64,000 nt of DNA from Ignisphaera sp. (GTDB lineage: Archaea; Thermoproteota; Thermoprotei_A; Sulfolobales; Ignisphaeraceae). Shown one piece after another: positions 51,886-62,147 of the stretch. Location of the stretch: the NCBI GenBank assembly GCA_038821645.1, contig JAWBDT010000001.1, positions 32,001-96,000 on the forward strand, in the 5' to 3' direction. The position numbers were made by a program, and so were the translations under genes. Below the pieces are notes generated by a model. That model had not been told where the DNA came from and did no database searches. It worked only from the letters and a program-made list of their open reading frames with translations. Position 1 is the stretch's first letter. Every line of letters starts with the position of its first letter.

Positions 51886-52859
51886 AAATGTTTTCTCAAA
51901 CCTTCTTCAACAATCTTCTGGAGATTGTTAATGGTACAAGTCTTCCTTATGGTGAGGGATGCAGCTTCTTTATGTCCACCGAAAACACCTTTAAATCCAC
52001 TATCTATGTGGTTCACTAGCTTGTCGCATGCTTCTAGAGCTTTCTTCTCTGTGGATCTAATAGTTATAACAAACTTGTCTTCTTCTTCTCTAATGAGTAT
52101 TACGGATCTCTTAACTTTCTTCATGTACTCTGATGAAGCTATACCGAAGAGACCAGCAAAAATTAATGATTCTGGGAGAGTAAATGTAGCTATATCCCAT
52201 CCACATAGATTCTTAGCCTTGATCTGTATCTTTTTTATCAACAAACTTAAGAGCCACTTAGCTTTCCAGTAGACTTCATCGAATTGCTGTATCTTCCAGA
52301 ATTCTTCACCTTTCACTATACTATCTACTGAGCTATAGATGATTTTGTTATTTGTGGGTTCAACAGCTAAAACAAGTTTAACTTTATCAGCTACACTCCT
52401 AATGTATTCATCTTCTGTAGACCCACCTTCACAGACATTAGCAATAGTAACAAGCATCTGTTCATAGTTGTTCAAATTTCTTAAAACAGATTGTGCAAGT
52501 ACTTGAGGTGTTGACTGAAGTGTTGACCAATATATCTTGATATTACTCACAGTCTTCAACTCACTTAGTGCTTTTTCAGATGATTGATGGTGATCTATGA
52601 TTATAATAGATATTCTTCTCTTAACAGCTTCAAGTAGTAGTGATAGATCATCGCTATTCAATGCTAGATCAACTAGAACAACGATATCTATATCTGGTTG
52701 TAATAGAACCTTCTTTAGATCTAGTGCTAGTCGCCATGGATGAGAATGTCTCAGTACCACTTGTCCTGGATATAAATCCCTCAAGAATCTTCTAATGTAT
52801 AGTCCAGCAGAAATAACGCCATCGCAATCTCCGTGAAAGAGAACAGCACATTTTCTCAT
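51870..52859 (-). CDS. DHH/DHHA1 family phosphoesterase (RecJ/Cdc45-like)
   Basis: HGDCDG, VDL, IDHH, GGHKEAA. Confidence 0.85.
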   Translation of the reverse strand: MRKCAVLFHGDCDGVISAGLYIRRFLRDLYPGQVVLRHSHPWRLALDLKKVLLQPDIDIVVLVDLALNSDDLSLLLEAVKRRISIIIIDHHQSSEKALSELKTVSNIKIYWSTLQSTPQVLAQSVLRNLNNYEQMLVTIANVCEGGSTEDEYIRSVADKVKLVLAVEPTNNKIIYSSVDSIVKGEEFWKIQQFDEVYWKAKWLLSLLIKKIQIKAKNLCGWDIATFTLPESLIFAGLFGIASSEYMKKVKRSVILIREEEDKFVITIRSTEKKALEACDKLVNHIDSGFKGVFGGHKEAASLTIRKTCTINNLQKIVEEGLRKHLCVSS

Positions 52860-52952
52860 GTTTCAGCACACTCTTACACAATACTTATTATGGCTCTAAA
52901 ATTTATGTTATTTGTAGAATCCGTAAAGCAAGAAGTAAAGGTCTATATACTT

Positions 52953-54005
52953 ATGACCCATAATGCTGTAGCTATCCATCAGAGAAATGATCAAGTTTTA
53001 GATATTCTACATAAGCAGAAGTACCATATTGTGGGAAGCCATAGTGCTGTAAAGAAATGTTACTGGATCCATAAATCACTTACTGAAAAAATGTTCTGTT
53101 ATAAAGCTAAATTCTACGGTATAGAATCACATAGATGTATACAGTTTTCTCCAGCTGTGTTGTGGTGTTGGAATTACTGTTTACATTGTTGGAGATATAG
53201 ACCTAGTTCAGATCATGGATTTAAGTCAATAGAGGCTGTTGATGATCCTAGATTCATAGCAGAGATGGTAGTGAAAGAGCATAAGAGAACTGTGAGCGGC
53301 TATAAGAAGTATCCTAACGTGGATAGGAAGATGTATGAAGAGTCTTTGAATCCAAGGCATGTAGCTATAAGCTTAACTGGTGAACCAACACTTTATCCAA
53401 GGCTTGGTGAGCTTATAGAAGAATTCCATAGAATGAATCTAACAACATTTCTAGTCACAAGAGGAATAAGGCCAGAGATACTTGCCAACTTGAGTAAAGA
53501 ACCTACACAACTCTATGTATCTCTAGAAGCATTTGATGAAGATAGCTATAGATACTTCAATAACCCTGTCTATCCAAATCTATGGAAGAGAACCCTCGAA
53601 ACACTAGAAATTTTGCCTAGTTTTTCATCTCCAACAGTTGTGAGACTAACATTAATTAGAAGCTTCAATATGAATCTTAAAGCAGTGAGTGAGTGGGTGA
53701 AGTTGCTTAAAATAGCTGAGCCAACATTCATAGAGGTTAAAGCATATATGCATATAGGGACATCAATATTGAGATTGAGTAGAGATGATATGCCTAGCCA
53801 TAGAGAGGTTAGAGAAATAGCTATAGAGATAGCTAATGGATTAGGATACAATATTGTTTCTGAAAGTGTTCCCAGTAGAGTGGTTCTTCTCTCAAGACTC
53901 GATAAACCTGTTATAAGATACGGTAATCCTCCTATAAGCTGGTATGATAAAGATCTACTGGATGAGTATTCGGGTGAATATGGGATTTTAGACGACTTCA
54001 TTTAG
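52953..54005 (+). CDS. taw1: 4-demethylwyosine synthase TYW1/Taw1 (start set at MTHNA)
   Basis: HSAVKKCYW, CYKAKFYGIESHRC, CWNYCLHCWR, ISLTGEPT, EVKAYM. Confidence 0.93.
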   Translation: MTHNAVAIHQRNDQVLDILHKQKYHIVGSHSAVKKCYWIHKSLTEKMFCYKAKFYGIESHRCIQFSPAVLWCWNYCLHCWRYRPSSDHGFKSIEAVDDPRFIAEMVVKEHKRTVSGYKKYPNVDRKMYEESLNPRHVAISLTGEPTLYPRLGELIEEFHRMNLTTFLVTRGIRPEILANLSKEPTQLYVSLEAFDEDSYRYFNNPVYPNLWKRTLETLEILPSFSSPTVVRLTLIRSFNMNLKAVSEWVKLLKIAEPTFIEVKAYMHIGTSILRLSRDDMPSHREVREIAIEIANGLGYNIVSESVPSRVVLLSRLDKPVIRYGNPPISWYDKDLLDEYSGEYGILDDFI

Positions 54006-54090
54006 CGATACAGCTATATATTGTGAAGCCATATAGCTAGCTATAGCAACCTAGAAAAATGATCTATAGATATTTGCTAGGGCTGAAGCT

Positions 54091-55089
54091 ATGTATGTAT
54101 CTATAGGTAGGAGAGGCGCTATAGTGTTTCCATATAGAGTTTGTGTTGATGGTCATGAGGATGGCTGTTTATTCCGAGTTACAACACATATACATGCCGA
54201 TCATATTGTGGATCTCGATAAAAGTGCTATATACTGTAAACACGTTATTGCTACACCGATAACACTCGATATACTAAAGGTCATGGGGTACACTATACCT
54301 ACGAATAAGGCTGTGGCGTTAAACTATGGACAGAGCATGAATATAGATCAAGATGGCTGGCTCAGGTTATCGATAGCTAAAGCAGATCATATACCTGGAT
54401 CCGCTCAAGTGGTTCTAGATACTAAAGATGCTTGCATTGGTTATACAGGTGATTTTAGAGCACCAGGTATAAGAACAGAGATACTTAAGGATCTCGATAT
54501 ACTTGTTGTTGATGCTACTTATGGGGATCCATCATATGTTAGAGAAAGCGAGGATGCCATTATGAATGAGTTTGTTAAGCTATTGAAAAAGCTTTTGACA
54601 GAAGGTCCTGTAGCTATATATGCTTATCATGGTAAGATAAATGATGTTATGTTGAAGCTTCGTCAATGGGGCATAGACGCTCCATACATTCTGTCATCTA
54701 GTCAGTGGAACATATACTGTGTACTCAATAGGTATGGCTATGGAACCTCAGATGTTTTTCATCAAGGATCGAGAGAAGCTGAAGAAATTATGAAGAGTGG
54801 ATGGTATATAGAGTTTGCTTTAACCTCTAGATATAGTTTCCTTAGGAGAAGGAAAGGTATATCGCATGTACTTGTAACAGGTAGGTATGGTAAAACTGTT
54901 GCTAGATTGGGTGGTTCATGGGTAGTGGGTTTAAGTGGTCATGCTGATTTTAACGAGCTTGTATACTATGTTGATGAAGCTAGGCCTAGACTTCTTATTG
55001 TTGATGGATATAGGAGCCAGTATGCTCATGTGTTTAGTTCTTATGTTAGAAATTCTTTAGGTATAGAGGCTATAGTTGAACCTTTTTAG
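54091..55089 (+). CDS. MBL-fold beta-CASP-type nuclease
   Basis: THIHADH, HIPGS, YTGDFR, DATYG, LSGHADF. Confidence 0.85.
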   Translation: MYVSIGRRGAIVFPYRVCVDGHEDGCLFRVTTHIHADHIVDLDKSAIYCKHVIATPITLDILKVMGYTIPTNKAVALNYGQSMNIDQDGWLRLSIAKADHIPGSAQVVLDTKDACIGYTGDFRAPGIRTEILKDLDILVVDATYGDPSYVRESEDAIMNEFVKLLKKLLTEGPVAIYAYHGKINDVMLKLRQWGIDAPYILSSSQWNIYCVLNRYGYGTSDVFHQGSREAEEIMKSGWYIEFALTSRYSFLRRRKGISHVLVTGRYGKTVARLGGSWVVGLSGHADFNELVYYVDEARPRLLIVDGYRSQYAHVFSSYVRNSLGIEAIVEPF

Positions 55090-55179
55090 ATGGAAACACT
55101 TAATAACCCTTGCAAATGGGTAGAGTTATCTAGATTTATAAGAGGACAAGCTGTAGATTTACCTCAAGGTGTAAAACGT

Positions 55180-55506
55180 ATGGAGTATGTATATGCAACA
55201 CTATTATTACATTCAGCTAAAAAAGAGATTTCAGAAGATAGTCTAAGAAAAGTACTTGAAGCAGCAGGTATAGCTGTAGACGATATAAGGCTGAAATCTT
55301 TTGTTGCAGCAGTAAAAGAGATAAACATAGATGATGTGCTAAAAACATCTCTGGCTATGCCTGTAACACCAGTAGCAACAACATCTACAGCTACTCCGGT
55401 AGCTCAAGCTCCACAACCTTCTGCTGAAAAGAAGGAGGAAGAAGAGAAGAAGGAGGCTGTATCGGAAGAACAGCTAGCTGAAGGATTAGCAGCGCTTTTC
55501 GGTTAA
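55180..55506 (+). CDS. rpl12: 50S ribosomal stalk protein P1/L12
   Basis: MEYVYATLLLH..., Ala/Pro hinge, acidic tail ending GLAALFG; AGGTG SD upstream. Confidence 0.96.
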   Translation: MEYVYATLLLHSAKKEISEDSLRKVLEAAGIAVDDIRLKSFVAAVKEINIDDVLKTSLAMPVTPVATTSTATPVAQAPQPSAEKKEEEEKKEAVSEEQLAEGLAALFG

Positions 55507-55581
55507 GTATAAGAATCGAAATCCAGATTAATAGAATAAAGTAGTTTTTACTAATTGTTATGGCTTTGTAAAGGTATAAGG

Positions 55582-58317
55582 ATGAGTAGAGTAGATGCAT
55601 CGGTTTTCAGAGTAAGGCTCTTCAGTAGTAGAGGATATCTAAGACAGAAATGTAATTATTGTGGATCTTACTTCTGGAGTATTATAGAAAGAGATGACTG
55701 TGGAGATGTTCCTTGTACAGACTATACATTCCTAAACATCTCAAGTAAGAAGAGATTAAGCTATAAAGAGGTTAGGAACCTATTTCTAGAGTTTTTCAAG
55801 AAACGTGGTCACGAAGTTGTTGAGCCCAAACCTGTTGTAGCTAGATGGAGAGAGGATCTGTATCTAACTATAGCAAGTATAGTTGTGTTTCAACCACATG
55901 TAACATCGGGTCTTGTACCTCCACCAGCCAATCCATTAGTTATTGCACAACCATGCATAAGGTTAGAAGATATAGATTCTGTAGGCTATACCTTTGGTAG
56001 ACATTTAACGAATTTCATAATGGGTGGTCATCATGCATTCAATTATAAAGATAAATTTGTTTATTGGACAGATGAAACAGTTGAGTATGCTTATGAATTC
56101 TTTGTTGAAGAACTTGGTATACCAGAAGACGAAGTAACGCTCAAGGAATCGTGGTGGGAAGGAGGAGGTAATGCAGGTCCATGTTTTGAGGTATCCGTAG
56201 GAGGTCTAGAACTTGCTACATTAGTCTTCATGATGTATAAAACAACTGGTGATAGTTATGAAGAGCTTCCTCTAAAGATTGTCGATACTGGATACGGTAT
56301 AGAGAGAATAGCTTGGTTTCTACAGAAAACACCAACAGCTTTTCATGCAGTCTATGGAGAACTTTTGACAGAGTTCCATAAGGCTCTGTCTCTATCTGAA
56401 CCAAAGAGAGATATACTCATAGCAACTCTTCTGAATCTCTCGAAAATAAAGAGTGGATCTAGAGATACTCTATATATGCTTGTTTCCCAAAGACTTGGAC
56501 TACCTGTAAGAGATGTTGAGGAACAGTTATCAAAGGTGTTTGATCTTTATGCAATTCTAGATCATACCAAAACTATAGCCCTTATGTTGTCAGATGGTAT
56601 TGTTCCTTCAAATAGTGGTGAAGGTTATCTAGCGAGATTAGTTATTAGAAGAACTCTGAGGAGATTGAATAGATTAAATAAAGAGATTAAACTAGCTGAA
56701 CTTATAGCTAGACAGCTAAGCTATTGGAGCGATATGTATCCAAATATGGCTAGAGTAAGAGACAGAGTTTTAGAGATGGTTGAACTAGAAGAAGAAAGAT
56801 ATAGAGGAGTACTATCTAAAGTGTCAGCAATAGCGTCAAAATTTTCATCTAGAGTTCCAAGTATCGATGAATTGGTTGAAATATATGATTCACATGGAAT
56901 ACCTCCAGAGATTCTTGCTGAAGAGATCGAGAAGAAGTATGGAAAAGAGATTGAGGTTCCAGAAAACTTCTATTCAGTAGTTGCATCTAGACATAGTAGA
57001 CCAAAAATCTTGAAAGAAGTTGAAGAAGTTAAGTTACCAAAAGATGTTGTTGAATGGGCTTCAAGATATCCTTCAACAGAATCTCTATTCCACATTGATC
57101 AGTACATCAGAAGATTTAAAGCTAGAGTTCTAGGTGTTTATGAAAAGTATGTTGTTTTAGATAGAACTGCTTTTTATCCTGAGGGAGGAGGACAGCTTGG
57201 TGATAGAGGCTATCTTTATATAGATGGAAAAGTGCTTAAGGTTCTAGATACCAAGAAAGTGGAGAATGTTGTTGTTCATGTTGTTGATTCAACTGAGGGA
57301 CTGAATGAAGGTGTAGAAATTGAGGGAGAGATAGATTGGGTTACGAGGTACAGGAGAATGAGACATCATACAGCTACTCATATACTGTTAGGAGCCCTAA
57401 GGAGGGTCTTAGGAGATCATGTATGGCAAGCAGGTGCTGAAAAAACAGAACTAAAGGCTAGATTAGATGTAACTCACTACAAAATGCTTACAGATGAAGA
57501 AATAACTAAGATTGAGGAACTAGCTAACAATATCATCGATAACGCTATGGATGTAAAGATACAGTTCTTACCTAAAAACGATGCTGAAAAGCTTTACGGT
57601 TTTACTCTATACCAGGGAGGAGTACCTATGACACCAACAATAAGAGTTGTAGAGATACCTGGATGGGATGCTCAGGCATGTTTTGGTACACATGTTAAGA
57701 ATACAAGTGAGGTAGGAGCAATAAAGATTGTGAATGTTGAAAAGATAGCTGACGGTATTATAAGATTTGAATATACTGTAGCAACAGTTGTACCTCTCTA
57801 TGCTCATGATCTTGAGAACAAGCTTCAGAATATAGCTAAAGCTTTAAATGTATCGTCAGCAGAAGTAGATAAAAGGATTCCAAGTTTTGTGAAAGAGCTA
57901 AACGATATAAAGAATATGCTCAAAACATATAGATCTCTATACATAAATGAGACACTTAACGCAATAAAGAACAGACTAGAGTCTCTCGATAAAGTAAAGC
58001 TCTATATACATCGGGTAGATGTAGAGGATAAAGAGCTACTAAAAGAGATAGCATTAAAAGCAATAGGACAGGAACCAGCGCTCCTCTTTATAGGACTTAT
58101 ACCACAGAACAACAAAACATATATAGAGATATCTCTAGGAAGAGAAGCAGCACAAAAAGTAGATGCAAAACAACTAATAGAACAAATATCAAAAGAAATA
58201 CCAATAAAAGCAGGAGGAAAAAGAGATCATATAACAGGGATAATAGATCTAGAGATAAACAGAACAGAAGAAATACTGAGAAACAGAATAAAACAGCACC
58301 TAGAGAAACAAAGCTAA
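55582..58317 (+). CDS. alaS: Alanine--tRNA ligase
   Basis: ARWREDLYLTIASI, WEGGGNAGP, DTGYGIER, FYPEGGGQ, HHTATH, CFGTH. Confidence 0.97.
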   Translation: MSRVDASVFRVRLFSSRGYLRQKCNYCGSYFWSIIERDDCGDVPCTDYTFLNISSKKRLSYKEVRNLFLEFFKKRGHEVVEPKPVVARWREDLYLTIASIVVFQPHVTSGLVPPPANPLVIAQPCIRLEDIDSVGYTFGRHLTNFIMGGHHAFNYKDKFVYWTDETVEYAYEFFVEELGIPEDEVTLKESWWEGGGNAGPCFEVSVGGLELATLVFMMYKTTGDSYEELPLKIVDTGYGIERIAWFLQKTPTAFHAVYGELLTEFHKALSLSEPKRDILIATLLNLSKIKSGSRDTLYMLVSQRLGLPVRDVEEQLSKVFDLYAILDHTKTIALMLSDGIVPSNSGEGYLARLVIRRTLRRLNRLNKEIKLAELIARQLSYWSDMYPNMARVRDRVLEMVELEEERYRGVLSKVSAIASKFSSRVPSIDELVEIYDSHGIPPEILAEEIEKKYGKEIEVPENFYSVVASRHSRPKILKEVEEVKLPKDVVEWASRYPSTESLFHIDQYIRRFKARVLGVYEKYVVLDRTAFYPEGGGQLGDRGYLYIDGKVLKVLDTKKVENVVVHVVDSTEGLNEGVEIEGEIDWVTRYRRMRHHTATHILLGALRRVLGDHVWQAGAEKTELKARLDVTHYKMLTDEEITKIEELANNIIDNAMDVKIQFLPKNDAEKLYGFTLYQGGVPMTPTIRVVEIPGWDAQACFGTHVKNTSEVGAIKIVNVEKIADGIIRFEYTVATVVPLYAHDLENKLQNIAKALNVSSAEVDKRIPSFVKELNDIKNMLKTYRSLYINETLNAIKNRLESLDKVKLYIHRVDVEDKELLKEIALKAIGQEPALLFIGLIPQNNKTYIEISLGREAAQKVDAKQLIEQISKEIPIKAGGKRDHITGIIDLEINRTEEILRNRIKQHLEKQS

Positions 58318-58361
58318 AAAACCCCACCAAACAAATAAAACATACAGCCGCCACATAATAT

Positions 58362-58439
<78 letters not shown>

Positions 58440-58759
58440 CACAATTGAAATTCCTCAATTTTCTCTAGTTCAGATAACTCTGTATTCTTCTATAGTGTTT
58501 CTAGCTATTTAGGTACAGAATTCATCTTAGTAAAACTAATACCAAGATAATCAAGATGTTAAACCTAACCTCGATGGAAAGAGCTTCAGCATATCTACAT
58601 CATTCACAATAAACAAATCCCTTAACTTTCTAGTGCTACTTCTATCAATGCTTCTTCGACAAGAAATATAGTCTAGTTTTATCCAAGACGCTTTCAAGAG
58701 AATCTCGTGAAGAGTAATGATATAGAGTTTATAGTCATAGATATTTAGTCTCATTATGT

Positions 58760-59443
58760 CTAGTGATCTAAGGGCTCTTTATCTAAGATCCATGCTATAC
58801 CTCCTAAGATATGTTTTTGAAACCATTCCTCTCTCCATCTCTTAGTTTGATGACCAAAAGCTGTATAAAATACTCTACCATCTCCATAGCTATGGCACCA
58901 AGATATGGGATAGTCTGTAACATCTTTTGGTGAGAGAGATAAGTCTACAGAAGAAGTATCTAGGCTTATCAAGACCTTTGTTCTATTTCTGCCTATCCAG
59001 TTTCTAAAGACATATATTTCTTCATATGCTTTAAATCTCTTGGGTAAATGTTTTGATGCTGGATGATTAGGGTCTTCTACAATGAATACAGCTTCTTGTG
59101 TCCATGGATGTGAGTGAAAGTATCCTCCAATCATTTCACCATATCGAGGATAGCTGTATAGAGTATCTGTTGCATTATGTATACCGATGAATCCTCCACC
59201 ACTTTCAACAAATTCTATCAATAGGTTCTTCTGCTCTTCAGAAAAAGGTATATCACCTGACGTTAGAAAGAGAATAGCTTTTAAATTGCTTAATGTAGTG
59301 CTTGTGAATTCTTCTATATCTTCTGTAGCATAAACCTCAAAAAGATTTGTTTTCTCTCCTAATCTAGTTAAAACTTCTATAGCAGTAGTTATATAACTAT
59401 GTCTATAACCAGCTGTATACGTAAAAACAAGTATCTTGTCCAA
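58760..59443 (-). CDS. ThuA-like (class I GATase-fold) protein
   Basis: GYRHSYI, GGGFIGIHNATD, GGYFHSHP, EEIY, GRVFYTAFGH. Confidence 0.88.
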   Translation of the reverse strand: MDKILVFTYTAGYRHSYITTAIEVLTRLGEKTNLFEVYATEDIEEFTSTTLSNLKAILFLTSGDIPFSEEQKNLLIEFVESGGGFIGIHNATDTLYSYPRYGEMIGGYFHSHPWTQEAVFIVEDPNHPASKHLPKRFKAYEEIYVFRNWIGRNRTKVLISLDTSSVDLSLSPKDVTDYPISWCHSYGDGRVFYTAFGHQTKRWREEWFQKHILGGIAWILDKEPLDH

Positions 59444-59447
59444 AGCT

Positions 59448-60179
59448 CTACTCCTGAATAAAGATCTTTACATCATCGAGACACAACTTCTTATATTGTT
59501 CTATACCACCTATGTCGTACCATGTACCATGATACTCGTATGCAATAACATTGAACCCTTTATTCACCACCCATGGTATGAGGTCCCCCATAATATCAAA
59601 CGATGTTCCTAGATGGTTCTCAGTATACTTCAACAATTGTGGTGTAATGGTTAGTATAGCCAGAGATACATACAGATTTATCCAAGGCTTCTCCTCAAAT
59701 CCTATAACCCTATCTTTATCAACTTTAGCAACACCTACAGGAACCTTGTATCTATTAGCTAAAACAATAACAACATCAGCTTTTCTCTCAATGTGTTTAA
59801 CGATTAAGCTAGATACATCTATAGGAGCAATTATATCTCCATACCATACTAAAACTATATCTCCATCAAGAAACCCGTTCTTAAAGGCATTCAGTAATGC
59901 TCCACCCGTACCTCTATAATTATCGTTATCTATACTGTACCTAATACTTACACCAAATCTAGATCCATCACCAAAATAGTTCCTTATCTGTTTCCATCTA
60001 TATCCAACAAGAAGAACTATATCATTTATACCAAACTTCTTCAACCATTTAATAATATATTCAAGAACAGGTTTTTCCTCAATTCCTATAGGTATCATAG
60101 GTTTTGGGATAACTTCTGTATAAGGTCTAAGCCTAGTTCCTTCTCCACCAGCAGGAATTGCTGCAACAACTTTAGTCAT
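59448..60179 (-). CDS. Sugar-phosphate nucleotidyltransferase
   Basis: AGGEGTRLRPYT..PKPM, GTGGAL, YGD, FEEKP, WYDIG. Confidence 0.92.
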   Translation of the reverse strand: MTKVVAAIPAGGEGTRLRPYTEVIPKPMIPIGIEEKPVLEYIIKWLKKFGINDIVLLVGYRWKQIRNYFGDGSRFGVSIRYSIDNDNYRGTGGALLNAFKNGFLDGDIVLVWYGDIIAPIDVSSLIVKHIERKADVVIVLANRYKVPVGVAKVDKDRVIGFEEKPWINLYVSLAILTITPQLLKYTENHLGTSFDIMGDLIPWVVNKGFNVIAYEYHGTWYDIGGIEQYKKLCLDDVKIFIQE

Positions 60180-60263
60180 TTAGATACCCGTGTAAGGTAT
60201 CTAGAGAACAAATATATATGGTTTTAGATTGAGTTAGATAGAAAAGCTATAGCTTCATGTAGT

Positions 60264-62147
60264 CTATGTAGCAAGTTCCTCTACTTCTCTTGATAGATCT
60301 CTTCTTAAACTAAATTCTGCAACTCTTCCACTATTCCATGCTTTAACTGGTCTATAATATCCCACTATCCTGCTCCATAAATCCATAGGTGCTCCACAAT
60401 TTGAGCATCTAGTTACTCTACCTATAGATCTATGTCCACATGAAGGACATACAGCTACTGTGGGTGTTATAGACATATAGACTATGTCTGTTTCTCTAAG
60501 AGTTCTTGTAACAAATCTAGCTACAGTTTCAGGCGGAAGTTCTTTATCTACAAATATGTGCTTAATTACGCCACCTGTAAAGAGTTTCTGACACTGAGAT
60601 TCTATCTCTAGCTGATGTCTGAGATGTAGAGTTGTGTAAGGTGGTGTAAGCTGATTTGTATAGAAGGGGGTCTTTCTTCCATCAACTTCACCTACAGGTA
60701 TATATATAGAGAGATCTTCAGATCGAGTAAGCTCTTTAGCAAAGGATACATCTTTCCAAGCGAGTTTGACTCCTAGTGTTTCTCCTGGTACTTCTTCAAC
60801 ATTGTATAACACTTCATCTTCTTCTTCAAACTCCTGAAGCCTCTTGCTTATGTATCTAAGTATGTCACTATACAACTTAATAACCTTGGGTATATCAGAA
60901 GGCTGCATCTTTAGCCAGAGGAACGGGTTCCCCATCATTATAGATGCATATTCTGCCATGCCTATAACACCAATTGTGTTGTAGTAGAACTTGAATGGAT
61001 CAGTAGGATCTATGTATTCTTTAGTCATTGGATACATACCTTCTGCAAATAGTTTTTGATATCTAGCTCTAAACCACATAAGGGTTTCTCTACCAATCTC
61101 TAGTAACTCATCAAGTTTATCGTACATTCTCCTTTCATCTGATATTCTAGCAATCATGGCCAGTCTTGGTAAGTTGATTACGACGACATTTATGGATCCA
61201 ACTGATGGAGGCATATCCCACACACCTTTAGCTTGGTGTAGAATTTCTCTAACTCTACCCATATCGCTCAACAATCTACAGCAGAAGCTGAATAGGTCTT
61301 CAGCTTTGTGGCGATAACCGTTTAGGAAATACATTTGCCCGACTTTGGCAACCATACCCCAGAAGCTTTTTCCTAGATCCTCATCACTACTAAGTATCTT
61401 CTCCATATCGTTATTCATTATTGCTGTCGGTATAGGGAATGTGAATGGTTGATGGAGAGCATCTCCTTCAGCAAACACTTCTGTAAATGCTTTTAAGACC
61501 ATTTTAGCTTCATCGATATAGTTCTCGTAGGTATCTAAAACAAATCTAAACTTTTGTTCCGGTAAAGGTACTGGTTGACTTCTATAAAATTTATTACTTA
61601 TAGCGAAAACAACATTTGAGAAAGGACTTTGACCAGCTTTTAATGGGTAGTTCATGTTGAAGATGAAACGCTGAATGTTTTGTTTAACAGCTCTATAGTC
61701 GAGTTTGTCTCTTCTTATGAATGGAGCTAGAGTTACATCAATTCCATAAAGACCTATAGCACCTGTTCTCTCCTGGCTAAAGATGTAGGCAGCATTCATA
61801 ACTTGATCTACAGCAGAATCTAGGTGCCTTGGTGGTCTAGAAGCAACCGTAGGGGTTTTGAGACCTCTTTCCACAATAGGTTTAGAGTCTATTCCACCAC
61901 AATAAGGCTTAACTATAGATCCATCTCTAATCTTATATATATAGATCCATCCATCTTCATGAAGCCTAAGCGAATCCATTGGCAGAAGCCTTAGTGTCTC
62001 CTCATAGAGAGCTGAACCTAGGACATGGCTCAGCAAACCGGTTACAGCTTTAGGTACATTAGCATTATCTTTTACAGCCCATTCATAACTACTTAAATAC
62101 TCTTCAATAGCGGAACTTTCAAGTTTTTGTAATACCATGATAATCAT
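60264..62147 (-). CDS. nrdD: Anaerobic (class III) ribonucleoside-triphosphate reductase
   Basis: PFTFPIPT, SFCCRL finger loop, INLPR, CPSC/CSNC Zn site, SRIVGYY glycyl-radical motif. Confidence 0.92.
   Translation of the reverse strand: MIIMVLQKLESSAIEEYLSSYEWAVKDNANVPKAVTGLLSHVLGSALYEETLRLLPMDSLRLHEDGWIYIYKIRDGSIVKPYCGGIDSKPIVERGLKTPTVASRPPRHLDSAVDQVMNAAYIFSQERTGAIGLYGIDVTLAPFIRRDKLDYRAVKQNIQRFIFNMNYPLKAGQSPFSNVVFAISNKFYRSQPVPLPEQKFRFVLDTYENYIDEAKMVLKAFTEVFAEGDALHQPFTFPIPTAIMNNDMEKILSSDEDLGKSFWGMVAKVGQMYFLNGYRHKAEDLFSFCCRLLSDMGRVREILHQAKGVWDMPPSVGSINVVVINLPRLAMIARISDERRMYDKLDELLEIGRETLMWFRARYQKLFAEGMYPMTKEYIDPTDPFKFYYNTIGVIGMAEYASIMMGNPFLWLKMQPSDIPKVIKLYSDILRYISKRLQEFEEEDEVLYNVEEVPGETLGVKLAWKDVSFAKELTRSEDLSIYIPVGEVDGRKTPFYTNQLTPPYTTLHLRHQLEIESQCQKLFTGGVIKHIFVDKELPPETVARFVTRTLRETDIVYMSITPTVAVCPSCGHRSIGRVTRCSNCGAPMDLWSRIVGYYRPVKAWNSGRVAEFSLRRDLSREVEELAT

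Noticed and set aside
51775-54001. Antisense ORFs of 165 aa (51775-52272) and 143 aa (53570-54001)
   Set aside because: They lie opposite well-supported genes (nucS/DHH and taw1) and show shadow-ORF composition.
58097-58354. 85-aa hydrophobic minus-strand ORF
   Set aside because: It is an artefact of the A-rich alaS 3' end read antisense.
58440-58759. Possible integrated element or gene remnant downstream of tRNA-Arg (67-aa ORF)
   Set aside because: No integrase, no duplicated tRNA 3' end seen in the window, and no recognisable homology.
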